This document shows, piece by piece, positions 14,651 to 26,500 of a DNA stretch of 64,000 bases; position 1 is the stretch's first letter, and every line of letters begins with the position of its first letter. This DNA comes from Phoronis australis (taxonomy: Eukaryota > Animalia > Phoronida). A model generated the notes under the pieces. The model did not search any database, was not told the DNA's origin, and saw nothing but the letters and a program-made list of their open reading frames with translations. A program made the position numbers and the translations under genes. The DNA lies in the NCBI GenBank assembly GCA_002633005.1, contig NMRA01000041.1:811294-875293 (forward strand), written 5' to 3'.

Positions 14651-15159
14651 TAAAGTCTTTAAAGCCGATTGTGTACTTATTTATCCGTGTAAAATTTCTA
14701 AATTATAAAACTGCAGCAGAAGCACAAACTTAAATCAAAACTGCGTCTAATGTTGTAGAGCACTTGTTCTTAGGTTTAAGGCGGAAGTTTTGACCTCGTC
14801 TCTAAGATACTACGAGAGGTGCGAGACTTTACGAGAAAACGGGACGTGTGAAAGAGAGACACCTGTTGACAACATAACGAAACATTATCAAGATGGAGTT
14901 GCCAGAATGACTTTTCAGGAAACGCGGAGATAAGACAAGAGAGGTATCCATAATTAGTGTGCAGTTTAAGTTGGAGTGAGTTTTTTGTCTGATAATGCGT
15001 TTCGATCCACGTATTTTGACCCGTTACATTCTGCCGCATTTGCTGAAGAAAGCATGACTACGATCATTTCCGGTCTTCCAATTTCACTTTTTTGTTCACA
15101 AGACACAACGAGAGACAACAGCAGGCCACCGGTGTAGGCGTAGCTTCTGATCGTTCTCA

Positions 15160-16428
15160 CAAAGCCGCTGGACCAGACGAAATATCTCCTCAAATTCTTA
15201 AATTAGCAACAGATGAAATTGCACATGTCCTTCAAGAAATTTTTACCAAATCTTATCATATCAAAGATCTACAGTTCCGATAGGCAATGACCATCGCCTC
15301 TGTTGGCCCGAACCAGAGGCGATGCAGAGGCTATAGGCGCTCTGTACGCCGGAAGCTTTTCGGGGAATTATGCCTCGCACTGACTAAACCATCAAAGTCA
15401 CGTTGTTGTAAATACCTTTTGCGCATAGAGGAACACCTTAGGAGGTTGTCGATGTGTTTAATTCCTTCCAACTCGAACAAATACTCCCGTTATGAAACTT
15501 TTTCTTCGAACAGTCCCTATTTCAGTTCCCAAAATCGTGAAATCAACATTTTCATTTTTTTAACCAGGCCGAAGGTCAGAAGTTGCTGACCTACCGGCGA
15601 ACTTTAAAAGCTGAAGTTCCCGCCCTTCGCGTACATGCTGCCGGGAACCAGCCGTGCATTTGCCGTGTTGTTAAACATTAAAATGTCAAATATGTGCACA
15701 AAGACTATTAAATGTCATATCAACAGCATTTATTTTTATCAAATACAAACAATAATTCATTGAAATACAATCAGTTTCAAGTAACGCCAATTAAAGACAA
15801 GTATAAGTGGTGGCATTTTGGAAACGAACATTTGACTGACAAGACCGCAATGGCTCACCTTTGGCCTATTTAAAGATTGAGGTCATGAAGTCACATCACC
15901 TAGCGAGCGCGGTAAAAATTGGAGCGTGCGCAGTATAAAAATGGTGAGTTCACGATTTTGGGAACTGAAATAGGGACTGCTCGAAGAAAAAGTTTGATAA
16001 TGGGAGTATTTGTTCGAGTTGGAAGGAATTAAACACATCGACAACCTCCTCAGGTGTTCCTCTATGCGCAAAAGGTATTTATAACAACGTGACTTTGATG
16101 GTTTAGTCGGTGCGAGGCATAATTTACAGAGCGCTTATAGCCTCTGCATCGCCTCTGGTTCGGGCCAACAGAGGCGATGGTCATTGCCTACAGTTCCGAC
16201 AGAATGGCAAACTGCAAACGTAGCACCCTTCTTCAGAAAAGATGATAAAACTTGGCTTCAAACTAGCGCCCAATATCGCTCACCTGCATATGTTCAAACC
16301 TTATGGAGCACATAGTTGTCAGTAACATTGTGCCTCATTTCGACCCAAATAATGTACTTTACACCTGGCAGCATGATTTTCGTAGCCACAGATCATGCGA
16401 AACAACTTGTCACATTCGTAGATGACCT
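15160..16428 (+). mobile_element. Degenerate non-LTR retrotransposon (CR1/L2/Jockey-like) ORF2 fragment, split by the MULE insertion
   Basis: KAAGPDEISPQILKLATDEIAHVLQEIFTKS lies before the insertion. VPTEWQTANVAPFFRK...N*RPISLTCICSNLMEHIV...QHDFRSHRSCET lies after it. These are the hallmark pre-RT/RT motifs GPD, P-x-x-W-x-x-A-x-V-x-P, (Y)RPISL and QHGFR, with stops and frameshifts. Confidence 0.85.
15281..16190. mobile_element. Non-autonomous Mutator-like (MULE/Foldback-type) DNA element, ~910 bp, long TIRs, 9-bp TSD
   Basis: Ends are TAGGCAATGACCATCGCCTCTG...CAGAGGCGATGGTCATTGCCTA with ~270-bp inverted repeats. Perfect TSD CAGTTCCGA at 15272-15280 and 16191-16199. Confidence 0.9.
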
Positions 16429-16638
16429 CCTTGTGTCCTAGAACTTGCCCTCAGCAACGTTTTCCTGGATCCACACCAACTGCACCCTGTCTGAGGTCCG
16501 CAGACCCCTCATCCAACTACGGCAGTTTTTGTAATACTGCACTGGTTCTAAGAGTATTTATTGGTGAAAAACATTGGGTAGATCCAGCAAACGTACAAAC
16601 TTGGGTTGCACCATTTGACAATGATTGGTCGGTTTGCT

Positions 16639-16691
16639 AGAGAGAGAGAGAGAGAGGGAGAGAGAGAGGGAGGGAGGGAGAGGGAGGGAGG

Positions 16692-16723
<32 letters not shown>
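16639..16723. repeat. (GA)n/(GGGA)n polypurine tract
   Basis: Direct reading. Confidence 0.95.
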
Positions 16724-16726
<3 letters not shown>

Positions 16727-16911
16727 TGCGCCTCCTTTTATATCCCCAGTACATCTGGGAAACAATAAAAAAAAACAATGACAAGACGGCACGAGAAAAA
16801 ATGAAGTGCCAATGATGTTGATGATCACAACAACTTAGTAAAATTACCGGAACTGCTTTAAATACAACAGCTTAGCCGATGACAGCTTTTTTAGTGATAG
16901 ACGTTGTTATT

Positions 16912-17272
16912 AGTACTTTTTTCGCATAGAGGGACACCTTAGGAGTCATCGATGTCTTTAATTCTTTCCAACTTAAACAAATACTCCCATAACCAAACTT
17001 TTTTTTCGAGCAGTCCTTCGTTCAGTTGCCCAAATCAGCAACTGGCCATGTTTCCAGGTGCGTGCAGTGTTAAAAATGGTCAGTTGTCGATTTGGGCAAC
17101 TGAAATAAGGACTGGTCTATAAAGTTTGGTTACAGGAGTATTTATTTGAGTTGGAAGGAATTAAAGACATTGATGCCCTCCTAAGGTGTCCCTGTATGCA
17201 CAAAAGGTATTTATAACAACATGACTTTGATGTTTTTGTCAGTGTGAGGCATAATTCAGCGAAAATCTTCTG
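16912..17272. mobile_element. Older, internally deleted relative of the MULE-like family (hairpin of two TIR segments)
   Basis: CGCATAGAGGGACACCTTAGGAG...CAGTTGCCCAAATC is followed by its inverse GATTTGGGCAACTG...CTCCTAAGGTGTCCCTGTATGC, centred near 17060. It is homologous to the TIR of 15281-16190. Shorter diverged pieces lie at ~330-410, ~5575-5730 and ~14262-14310. Confidence 0.75.
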
Positions 17273-18768
17273 ACGATTGTAGCTCTGGATAGAAGCCTCA
17301 CGGTCTCTACGGCCAGTCTAGACGGTAGAACTGTTTATATCGATGAATAAAATTTGAGTCATTTTATTGCCTTGATGAGAATGGTGTCATTTGTCTAGAT
17401 TGGTTATATCCTAACTAAACGAACAACATTAAGTCATTAAGTTACGCATCACCACTGATACCTGCATTAACTGTTTCAGTTATTTTTAGTTTCTTGCTCC
17501 CTAGTCAATAGATGGCGTTGCAGTGTTAAGTTGGCCTCTGTCTTGTTCTTCAATAAAAGGGTCATGTTGTTAAGGATGTTACTATTTTATTTGCTCTAAT
17601 TGTAACGGGTCTTGTAACAAAGACGATCTGGTGTGTATTTAAAGCAGCTCCGCGTATATTTAATCTGAAAATTCATATGCTCTGCCTTCATATTGTGTGG
17701 CTCTTGTATGCCTTCTGAGCATCAGATAAATGTGCCTGTGTGTTTGATGGTTAAGGATTTTATTTGATTGCTTGCTAAATGTTTTCTAAATACCCTTGCA
17801 CCTTGCTAAGGGTTGTCGAAATTTCTATGAATTGATATGTAATTGTTCTAGATTGTTCACTGTCATTAAGTTGCCGCATCGTATGCTTCCTGCTGCCAAA
17901 ATGTAACTGATAATTTTGTAATAAAATCAATAAAATGCACAGAAATTGTGTTGCCATTTTCAGCCTCACCGAATGTATGTCATCCTGGCCTTGTTCGAAG
18001 GTGATCTTGACTGGGTTTAAAGATGACATTGATTTGTAATTAGCATAATACTTTCCATCATGTCACAGCACAATTTCATGAGAATTAAATGTTTTGTGAG
18101 CACAACAGTGTACTTCTTAATAGAATTGAAAATGATAAATAACCAAGAAATCACGTTTCTTACATATTTCAATTGAAATAGTGTTTAAGTACTTGAGGAT
18201 TAATACAATTTGTTATGGGCATCTAATCCAATGCTCAAATCAATCGAATTTGCTTGGACTGTAGCATTTGAGATTTTCGGTGATTAAACGATGCTGGACC
18301 ACGTCAACTTCCACCTGCAGGGTGTCAGCACTCCTAAAGCAGCGCCTGTCAACATCCCTCAGAACAAAAATAAAATAGCTTCAATTCAAATCATTTTTCA
18401 TTGTATGCACAGTTGATATAACATTGGTCGGTAAATGCAGATAGTTTTAAGAAAAGGAAATTCCTTTAACTACAGCACCATCGCCATCTAAAGTTGACCT
18501 TATTTTTCAAGTAGTTTATAAACTTGTCCTGGAGTATTCAGTGAATTTGTGTCAACAATGTGCTTTTAAAGATTTGGCAATACGTGATTGAAGAATTATC
18601 ACACCAAGCTTTATAAAAAAATGTCTTTAAATGTAAAAAAATGTCTTTATTTCAATCTTTTTCTGAATTATATATTTCCTTTTTTTCAGAATCTCTTGTG
18701 TGCTGGTAGATGGAGCCTCTAGAATTGTGCTCTGTTCTTAACATTGTTTAGTAACAACAGTGGAAGCC

Positions 18769-21700
18769 ATGTCGTTACTATCTGTTCTTCCCAAGAAGAT
18801 ATTTGGACTTTTTATGACTCTAGTGGCTCTCTTCAAGCGAGTCATATGTAGAATACAGAGAGGTCGTAAAAACTCGGGAACATTACTCCCTATGCACAAT
18901 TCCTACTCAACTCCACAGTCGGTAGATGTGCAGCATGCTGTGCCAGATAATGAGGTAAACATAAAGCACCTGTATTTTGCGATCAACTCTTTCTGTAATA
19001 CATGCTAAGTCATCGTGATGAATTTTGCTGGCCAGATCAACTATTACTGCAATTCATTGTAATATATTTTGTGCTGGTAAGACAAACCGTTACATGTACG
19101 TTAAGGCGTCATGATTCGTGATAATGTGTGTGGTAATGAGACCAAAGCCCGGTTTTATGAAAAATAACGATAATAATAACAAATAAAAATTTGGTCTGAC
19201 TCACTCCCACTTCACAATAACAGCCTGGAAATAATGAGCAAACATTTAAAATTCTTTTATTAAATGTATCATCAATGGGTATATTATCAGATTCTTTTAT
19301 TTTCAGAAATGGTTATGAGGAGCATTAGACCAAATTTTTGTGTTAAGTCTTTTAAGACTTAAAAGTCACTTTCTGTGAAACAGGCACCAGGTCTTATCAC
19401 AATGCATCAAAGAACTTTTATTAATATATTGTGTTAACGAGATCATCTCTTATCATGGTTCATCAAAGAATTCTCATAATATATTGTGCTAATGAGACCA
19501 TCTCTTTTTACAATGCATCATAGAACTTTCATAATATAATGTGCTGATGAGACCAACTCTTATCACAATGCATCATAGAACTTTTATTAATATATTGTGT
19601 TAACGAGATCAACTCTTATCATGGTGCATCAAAGAATTTTCATAATACATTGTGCTAATGAGACCATCTCTTTTCACAATGCATCATAGAACTTTCATAA
19701 TATATTGTGCTAATGAGACCATCTCTTTTCACAATGCATCATAGAACTTTCATAATATATTGTGCTAATGAGATCAACTCTTGTCACGGTGCATCAAAGA
19801 ATTTTCATAATATATTTTGCTAATGAGACCATCTGTTATCACAATGCATCATAATTCATAGTCTTTATTCTGACGAGACTAAACCTTACCTTAATGTGTA
19901 TATGAATATGTCAATCTCAGCGTGGAAAATATGTTGCAAACATTTAAGTCTTGTCACTGTCAGCACGCCATCTGTTGGCCACATCGTGTGACCTAATGAA
20001 TACCTTAATGTATCCTGATGATTACAACTGTGCTACAATGCGTCTCGTAAAGTTTAATGTCCGTAAGAACATAGAGACTTGTGACTACAACTTTTACTTG
20101 AGACTTGTCGTGGGTGTTGAAAGTTTTCTGAAAGTAGGTCAACTTTGTTTGGTCAACTTTCAAATAAAGTTTTAAGTAAGATTTCTTGGCCACATACCCT
20201 GATTAGCAACACCAAAATTAAAATTCAATTTATGCTTCACATTAACATAAAATAGTTATATTTTAGTTGAGCTGCATTTGCTTTATCTATATGATTTACA
20301 GTCCTGGATTTTATTTTACAGTGTATCGGTAAATGAAAAATTTGTGTAGGTTTGACTTTTCATAATGACAAATTGTCAGTTACTGAATACCCATGCTGTG
20401 CCAAATTTGGTCAATATTTTGGGGTGGAACCCTTTGCTTGGATTCTTTGATATGACAAGTTAACGTCACACATGATACTAAATACCAAGTGCATTCCATT
20501 GATTGATTCATTGGGATGTTTTCTCACAGACTGATATATCAGATTGAATTTTTGTTATTTTAGTTTGATCTACTTAACGCTGTGTATGACTTAAAATTTT
20601 AAAAATATTTCTGATTTATTGCGATGATTTGCAGTCCACTCTAGAGCCTTGGGACTCCTGGGGTCAAGATGAGCTTGGTACATCGCACAATGGAGCTGCT
20701 GTCCTGGGAGACAGCCCCGAGGTTGAAGGAGAGGACATTGATTTCTTTCAAGACATGACACCCAGTTTTAAAAAACCAGCTAAGGTATTAAGATGATGAA
20801 TGTATTTATTCATCTGGGTTAAGTACATGATGCTACATGTGCTTTTTTTCTGGAAATTTAAATTGTAATTTTTCTTGGTTTAATTAATTAATAATAGCCT
20901 TAGAGCTCAAATGTGTTCTGTACCTAGTAGACTCAATCATCTTTGTCTTAGTAGTGAACCTATCGTTTCCATTTTTGAGGGTACAGTGATACAGCGTTAC
21001 AGGCTGTTTGCAAAGGTCACACATCCAATCGTCCGGCACTTTTCAAATAAGTGATTAGTTGTCACTTATTTGCAGAGATCTACTGGATTTCTGTGCACTT
21101 CAATCTCGGTGTTTTTATTCAGTGTTAGAAGTTTGTCCGAGTTGATAAATTAATGCAACTATAAATAGAATTACAAATGCAAAATTTCTTCACAGCTAGC
21201 TGAATTTTTTTAGTTCTTCCAAAGCAATGCCATTCCGTTTATATCCTTGTTTGAATTGCAGTCGAGTATATGATACATTGCTTGGAATTCTCCCATCAGC
21301 CATGCCATCTGGTGGCTGAAATTGGTCTTCTTTGACTGGCGACTTAGTGGACCTGGGCCCCAGAATCTAATCTTTCTGCTCGAAATAGAACATGAAATTA
21401 TTATTGAGATTTTCTGTTTTCCTTTTGTATGAACTCAAGATAAGTGTCACTTCTCAAGATAATTGTCACTCCTCAAGATAAGTGTCACTCCTCAAAATAA
21501 GTGTCACTCCTCAAGATAAGTGTCACTCCTAAAGATAAGTGTCACTTCTCAAGGTAAGTGTCACTTCTCAAGATTAGTGTCACTTCGACAAGTGTCACTT
21601 CTCAAGATAAGTGTCACTCCTCAAGATAAGTGTCACTTCTCAAGAAAAGTGTCACTTCTCGAGATAAGTGTCACTTTTCAAGATAAGTGTCACTTCTCGA

Positions 21701-23529
21701 GATAAGTGTCACTTTTCAAGAAAAGTGTCACTTCTCAAGATAAGTGTCACTTCTCGAGATAAGTGTCACTTCTGGAGATAAGTGTCACTTCTCGAGATAA
21801 GTGTCACTTCTCAAGATAAGTGTCACTTCTCAAGATAAGTGTCACTTCTTAAACCTAGAGATGATTGCTAATCTAAATAAGGAACAGGATGAGATTTTAT
21901 GAATGGATGTGGCATGAATCAAAAGTTGCTTTTCCATTGAATGTACATTTTTGTTGTTGAAATTGACTTTTACTTCAGAGGAATTTTTTATATTGCACAC
22001 ACTTGCTTGCAGATACTTATCCGCAAAAAAGAAAATTTGAACTCCATGGCGCCATCTGGTGGTGGAATCTCATCTAGACTAACAATGATGGCTGAAATTC
22101 CAGCTCATGTAAGTTTTGTTTGCTGTATAGGCCTTATTCACGCAGTCGCCATTTTAGTAGTGAGCCTCTTTTTAGGTTTAGAAACGATGCATTTGAGACA
22201 TGAATATAACGAAGCATGTAAAAAATCACACTTTGCACTTCATTTAAGTGTAAAATGCATTGTTTTTAAAACCTATAAAGAGGCTCACTTTTAAAATGGC
22301 AACTGCGTGAATACGGTGTATAGCTCCTGTCTTTAGTTGTCATTTCAGAATTGCAACCATAGAAACCTATTTTTGAGTTGGCGACTTCCGAAATGTTGAG
22401 TTATAAGTTATCAGCACTGCGATATAAGTGTCAGCTAACATAATCACAAAGTGGTGTAATTGTTAGGATGTTGGCTTGTGCAAAATGTCCGGTGAGCTCT
22501 TGTTAGAGCGTTTGTCCCACAATACAGTAATGTTTTGACACTGGGGAAGTGCAGCTTAAATATCCAATTTGTTACATGACAGGCACATAGTAAGTGCTCT
22601 TGCATTTGTCTGTTGACTGGATATCAGCCATTTTGCCTTTCTGATGTCTATTAAAGTGGCTATACACAATAAGGTGTTTTTAATTCTTGAATGTTTAACA
22701 ACAGTGTTACCTAAGGCATAAGCTAAAATCAAGTTTGTTTCTTGTTTTTTGACTCGACGATAAAATATGTGTTGACTCAAAATAATCAAAATATTTTATT
22801 TGTAATCAGACAAATGAATTACAAAGTGCGTAATTATTTTTGCAACAAAAAGGAGCGCTCGCCTGCAGTGACAGATCTACCCAGCTCAGAGGAACTGGGG
22901 TATGCCCAGGCCAAACCAAAAATGTTATGCTATTAGCCGTCATGTTTGTATTCTTTATGTATTGATTACAAGATCTTGAGGTGTGAAAAATATCTTGCAT
23001 ATGGCCTTATGGCATCCAAACTTCTATCTTGTTTCCAAGTGGATGTGCTTCAAAGTGTTACTGAGTTTGAGTGACTTCTGTTGAGTTTATTTTTAAAAAA
23101 TGTATTTAGTGTTGTAACTGCCTTGGTTCAAACTTCAACAAATAAATGTGCTGGCCTGCCTGGCCAATTTTTGTCTGAAAATTTACTGGCCCAGGTGCCA
23201 AGTTACTTTTCAAAGTTACTGGCCCTGCCGCAAATCTACTGGCTCGGGACACTGGACCAGCGTGTATTTCGAATGCTGCTTGTAACTGCCGTGGTTCGTC
23301 TACATTACAGGGTGCTGATCTAGAAACATGGGAAGATGGGGACGGGGGACAGGGGTGGGAGGACAGTGCCACGGATGACACTGCGTGGGAGGCTGACGCG
23401 GCCATTAGAGAGAAGCGGAGGCTGGAGAGGGAGAGGAAATTGCAGGAACACCAAAGGAAGAAGGTGGAACGTGACCAACAAAGACTGTCTAAGAAGGACA
23501 GCTCGTTGACTGCTGTGAAGCTGTCATGA
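18769..23529 (+). CDS. EBAG9: EBAG9 / RCAS1 homolog (Golgi/secretory-pathway regulator), 4 coding exons (18769-18954, 20635-20784, 22013-22108, 23311-23529), ~216 aa
   Basis: Spliced translation: MSLLSVLPKKIFGLFMTLVALFKRVICRIQRGRKNSG...|STLEPWDSW...DIDFFQDMTPSFKKPAK|ILIRKKE...ISSRL...|GADLETWE...GWEDSATDDTAWEADAAIREKRRLERERKLQEHQRKKVERDQQRLSKKDSSLTAVKLS*. This matches the recalled human EBAG9 motifs KRLICRSGRGRKLSG, WTSW, DYFKDMTP, KIVIKKRE, SSRL, AWQAEE and the C-terminal VKLS. An acceptor near 18689 implies an upstream non-coding exon. Confidence 0.93.
19392..19852. repeat. 55-bp minisatellite, ~8 copies, EBAG9 intron
   Basis: Unit AATATATTGTGCTAATGAGACCATCTCTTTTCACAATGCATCATAGAACTTTCAT; GCATCATAGA recurs at 19681 and 19736. 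Confidence 0.92.
21434..21849. repeat. 19-bp minisatellite, ~22 copies, EBAG9 intron
   Basis: Unit CTCAAGATAAGTGTCACTT with few substitutions. Confidence 0.95.
22130..22318. mobile_element. Short MITE flanked by TATA in EBAG9 intron
   Basis: TATTCACGCAGTCGCCATTTTAGTAGTGAGCCTCTTT pairs with AAAGAGGCTCACTTTTAAAATGGCAACTGCGTGAATA as an inverted repeat. Confidence 0.75.
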
Positions 23530-26500
23530 CCACTCTCACTGTCATTTGGAAGAAATTACCGGAGACATAAGTGATGAAGAAACTGTTCATGTTCCTGATG
23601 GCCATATTTGTTGGAAGACTGTTTTTGGATGCTATCAATTGAAATTTATGGTTAGGGAGTTGTGGGATGTACGTTTTCCTCGCCATCTGTTCGGTGGAAA
23701 TTTAGGTGTCTGTCTCTGATTTCATTGGTTGCTTATTCTGCTGGAAAGCCTGTAACTCGCAATGCATTGCAGATAACCATAAAATGTCAATTGTAGCTTT
23801 CAAGTGTAGCCATAGAAAGATGCCTACTTAAAAACAAAAGTCTCAGTTTTAGAAAATGATGCTCATGCTTTGCACTATTTTGTTGAAGATTTCCTGTCTG
23901 TAGAACATTTCCAATATTGATTCACTGCTTATTACTGAGTGCATCTCTACATTAAAGCAATGGGACCTCTGCTGCTGTGAGCTCTTCGACATTTTGAAAT
24001 AAAATTAGCTTTGATGTTGTACGTGTTGACAATTTTCAAAAAAATCCGGTTTTCAGAAAATAGCCAATTGAAATATTACAAGTTTTAGTGGTGTAATGTT
24101 TTGAAATGTTGCACTGTTATTAATGCTTAGGTGTTTGTTAGGAAGTGACTCCACTGTTTTGAAAGCTTATTGTTATCAGGCTGTTTCACCATTGTTATCC
24201 TTCACTGATACGTTGGCAAAAGACTTCTCTAATCGCTTTTAATTCCAAAACCGTTAATGGGAAGAACTATTATGCTCAAGTCCCCACTCATTATGCTGTA
24301 TTTACCCAACTGGTCATTTCGTAGGCTGTCAGTTCTCCACAGGTTCATAACTTACTGTTAGTCAAAGCTTGCTGGGAGCAGTTTTAGAAGGGTAAGTGGT
24401 CTACATCGAATTTTATGCGAAGCATGTTCACTGCAACTTAAGAAATTTGCTTCTTAGATGTTACAGTGAAACTAGCTTATTACAACCATTGTTAATGAGT
24501 TTTGCATCTTAAAAACATTTTGGTTCTGGCCAGATTAAATTCTGTGGGGCAACTGTTTTAGTTTATGTTCATTAAGCCTGGAATAGTGTGAAAATGTATC
24601 CTGTGCATACCTGTGATTATTTGGACAGAGGACAGGCTAGAGGTTGACATCATTCTCAGATAACAGATTGATCAATCACAGAATTCCCAGAGACAAAGAA
24701 ATGTCTTATAATAATTATCCACACCATACTCCCTCAGCAAGTAACCACCATACACATTAGGATGAGAAATCTTCTTGAGTTGAATCTCTTGAAATATTGT
24801 GACAGGACATCAGTTGATGATATTGGTTTGCACTCCCTGTTTGGACTGTCTGATGGTTTTGTGGGGTTTAAGTGTTGCATTGCCAAGGTGTTTAACCTTG
24901 ACAACATTAACGTATCTAAATTGTATCTGCTACTGTCAGGATGGAAGAGTGGTGATGTGATTATTGCTAGACAAAAGTGCTCCATGTTATCAGTGACCCT
25001 GTATGTGACAAGTAACAGGCAGTATTATTGGTTAATGTTAATAGCCAATTCATATGTTGACTGTTGAAATTCTCATGTGCAATTAAGGTATTCAAGAAAA
25101 GAAAGCAGTTTTCTTTCACGTCCTCTGTTGATACAGACAAGCCATTGAACATTGACAAGTAATCAGTGGGGATCCACTGAGGATAGGGGTTGTGAAGGTT
25201 TGAAACCCACCCCTAGATAATTGACATCCGTGGCAAGAACGTTTCGTGTCGTTATTTTGGGACTAGGAGTACTGTCGGATTTAGATTAGTGCGAGGGGCC
25301 ATCCGATTTGCTGAGAATAAACGGTTGCAATAGCTCTTGAGTGGCATTTCATTAGCATCTCTGTTTTTCAAATTCTTAGTCATGGAGACAGTGCAACAAC
25401 TCATTGTTACAATTGTAAATCTACAACTGAATACTAGGGCCCTGTAATTGTTACCACTTAAAACGATACTAAAACCAGTTTTAGCTTATTAACAGATACT
25501 AAAAACGACTTTCCCATCCAGTTCTTGAAACAAAATAAGGCTGTGTAACCCTCGACAAAACTCAAAAGTTTGAAGGAAAATTTGAAAACTTGTTGCAAAG
25601 TCTGCTAAACGGGCAAGCGTGACCTACGCTTTTAGCGAATGGCGCGGCAACTGTGGGAGAAAACCACCCGCCATGGGCCATCAAATTCGTTACGTAGGGA
25701 GTATGGGTTTTGGTTGATTTCTGCCTTTATCTTGCAAGATCGACGTCAGGGATTCTTTAGCAAGTCTCAGAACGAGGATTGGTTGAATTCATCGAAACTG
25801 GGTTTAGTATCCTTTCAACTCGGCTATTATGGTTGCTCTTCCTGAAACGTGTTGGTGCTCGGTTGTTACAGTATAGAGTTGTGATCAAGTCGGGTCATTT
25901 ATTCCTATAAAAAAGCTTTCGTGTACAAATGGTGATTTGAAAAAGCCTGCCCGTGCATCATCGCTTAAAGCGATCAAGAAACTTGCTTTATACCACTTGC
26001 CACTGTAAACTTCAATGCAACGTGTTCGCATGTGGACAAATTGTTTGTGGGCGTGGTATAAAAGCATTTCATTTTTGCTTGCGACTACATGTATATGCCT
26101 GGCGCACGAAGTGGCCGGCGGTGGTCCGAGCCAACTTGTACTGGCCTCCAGCAATACCGGCCTGTAGACTTATTCTATCTATGTCTTGAGAAATCGTCTC
26201 GAGTTTGACCAAGGAAGAAGTTAACTAGAGGCCAATATATTTCATAATGTTAAGAAGTCTATATCTAGCATTAGTTTTTGTGACGAACAGCAGGTTTATT
26301 GCCACTTTAGGTACGTTTTTGGTGATAGTGGTTTTCTCATCTAAAATCATCTCACTTGACGTAGCACGCCTGGGCCCGGTCTCCAATCTCCGTACTCAGA
26401 CTCGAATCATGCTCAAACTCACACTTCATACTCAACTCGAGTACAGACTCAGCTTTGGTGTATTCAATGTCATACTCGAAAAATCTGTACTCGAAATTTC

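Noticed and set aside
15287-15589. Repeated ~100-aa ORF 'MTIASVGPNQRR...' (also 59882-60202, 60478-60798, 15883-16071), suggesting a small gene family
   Set aside because: All copies lie within the TIRs of the MULE-like element. Recurrence reflects the repeat, and there is no recognisable domain.
21434-21849. Short palindromic repeat array that superficially resembles CRISPR
   Set aside because: Units are contiguous with no unique spacers, it lies in a eukaryotic intron, and there are no cas genes.
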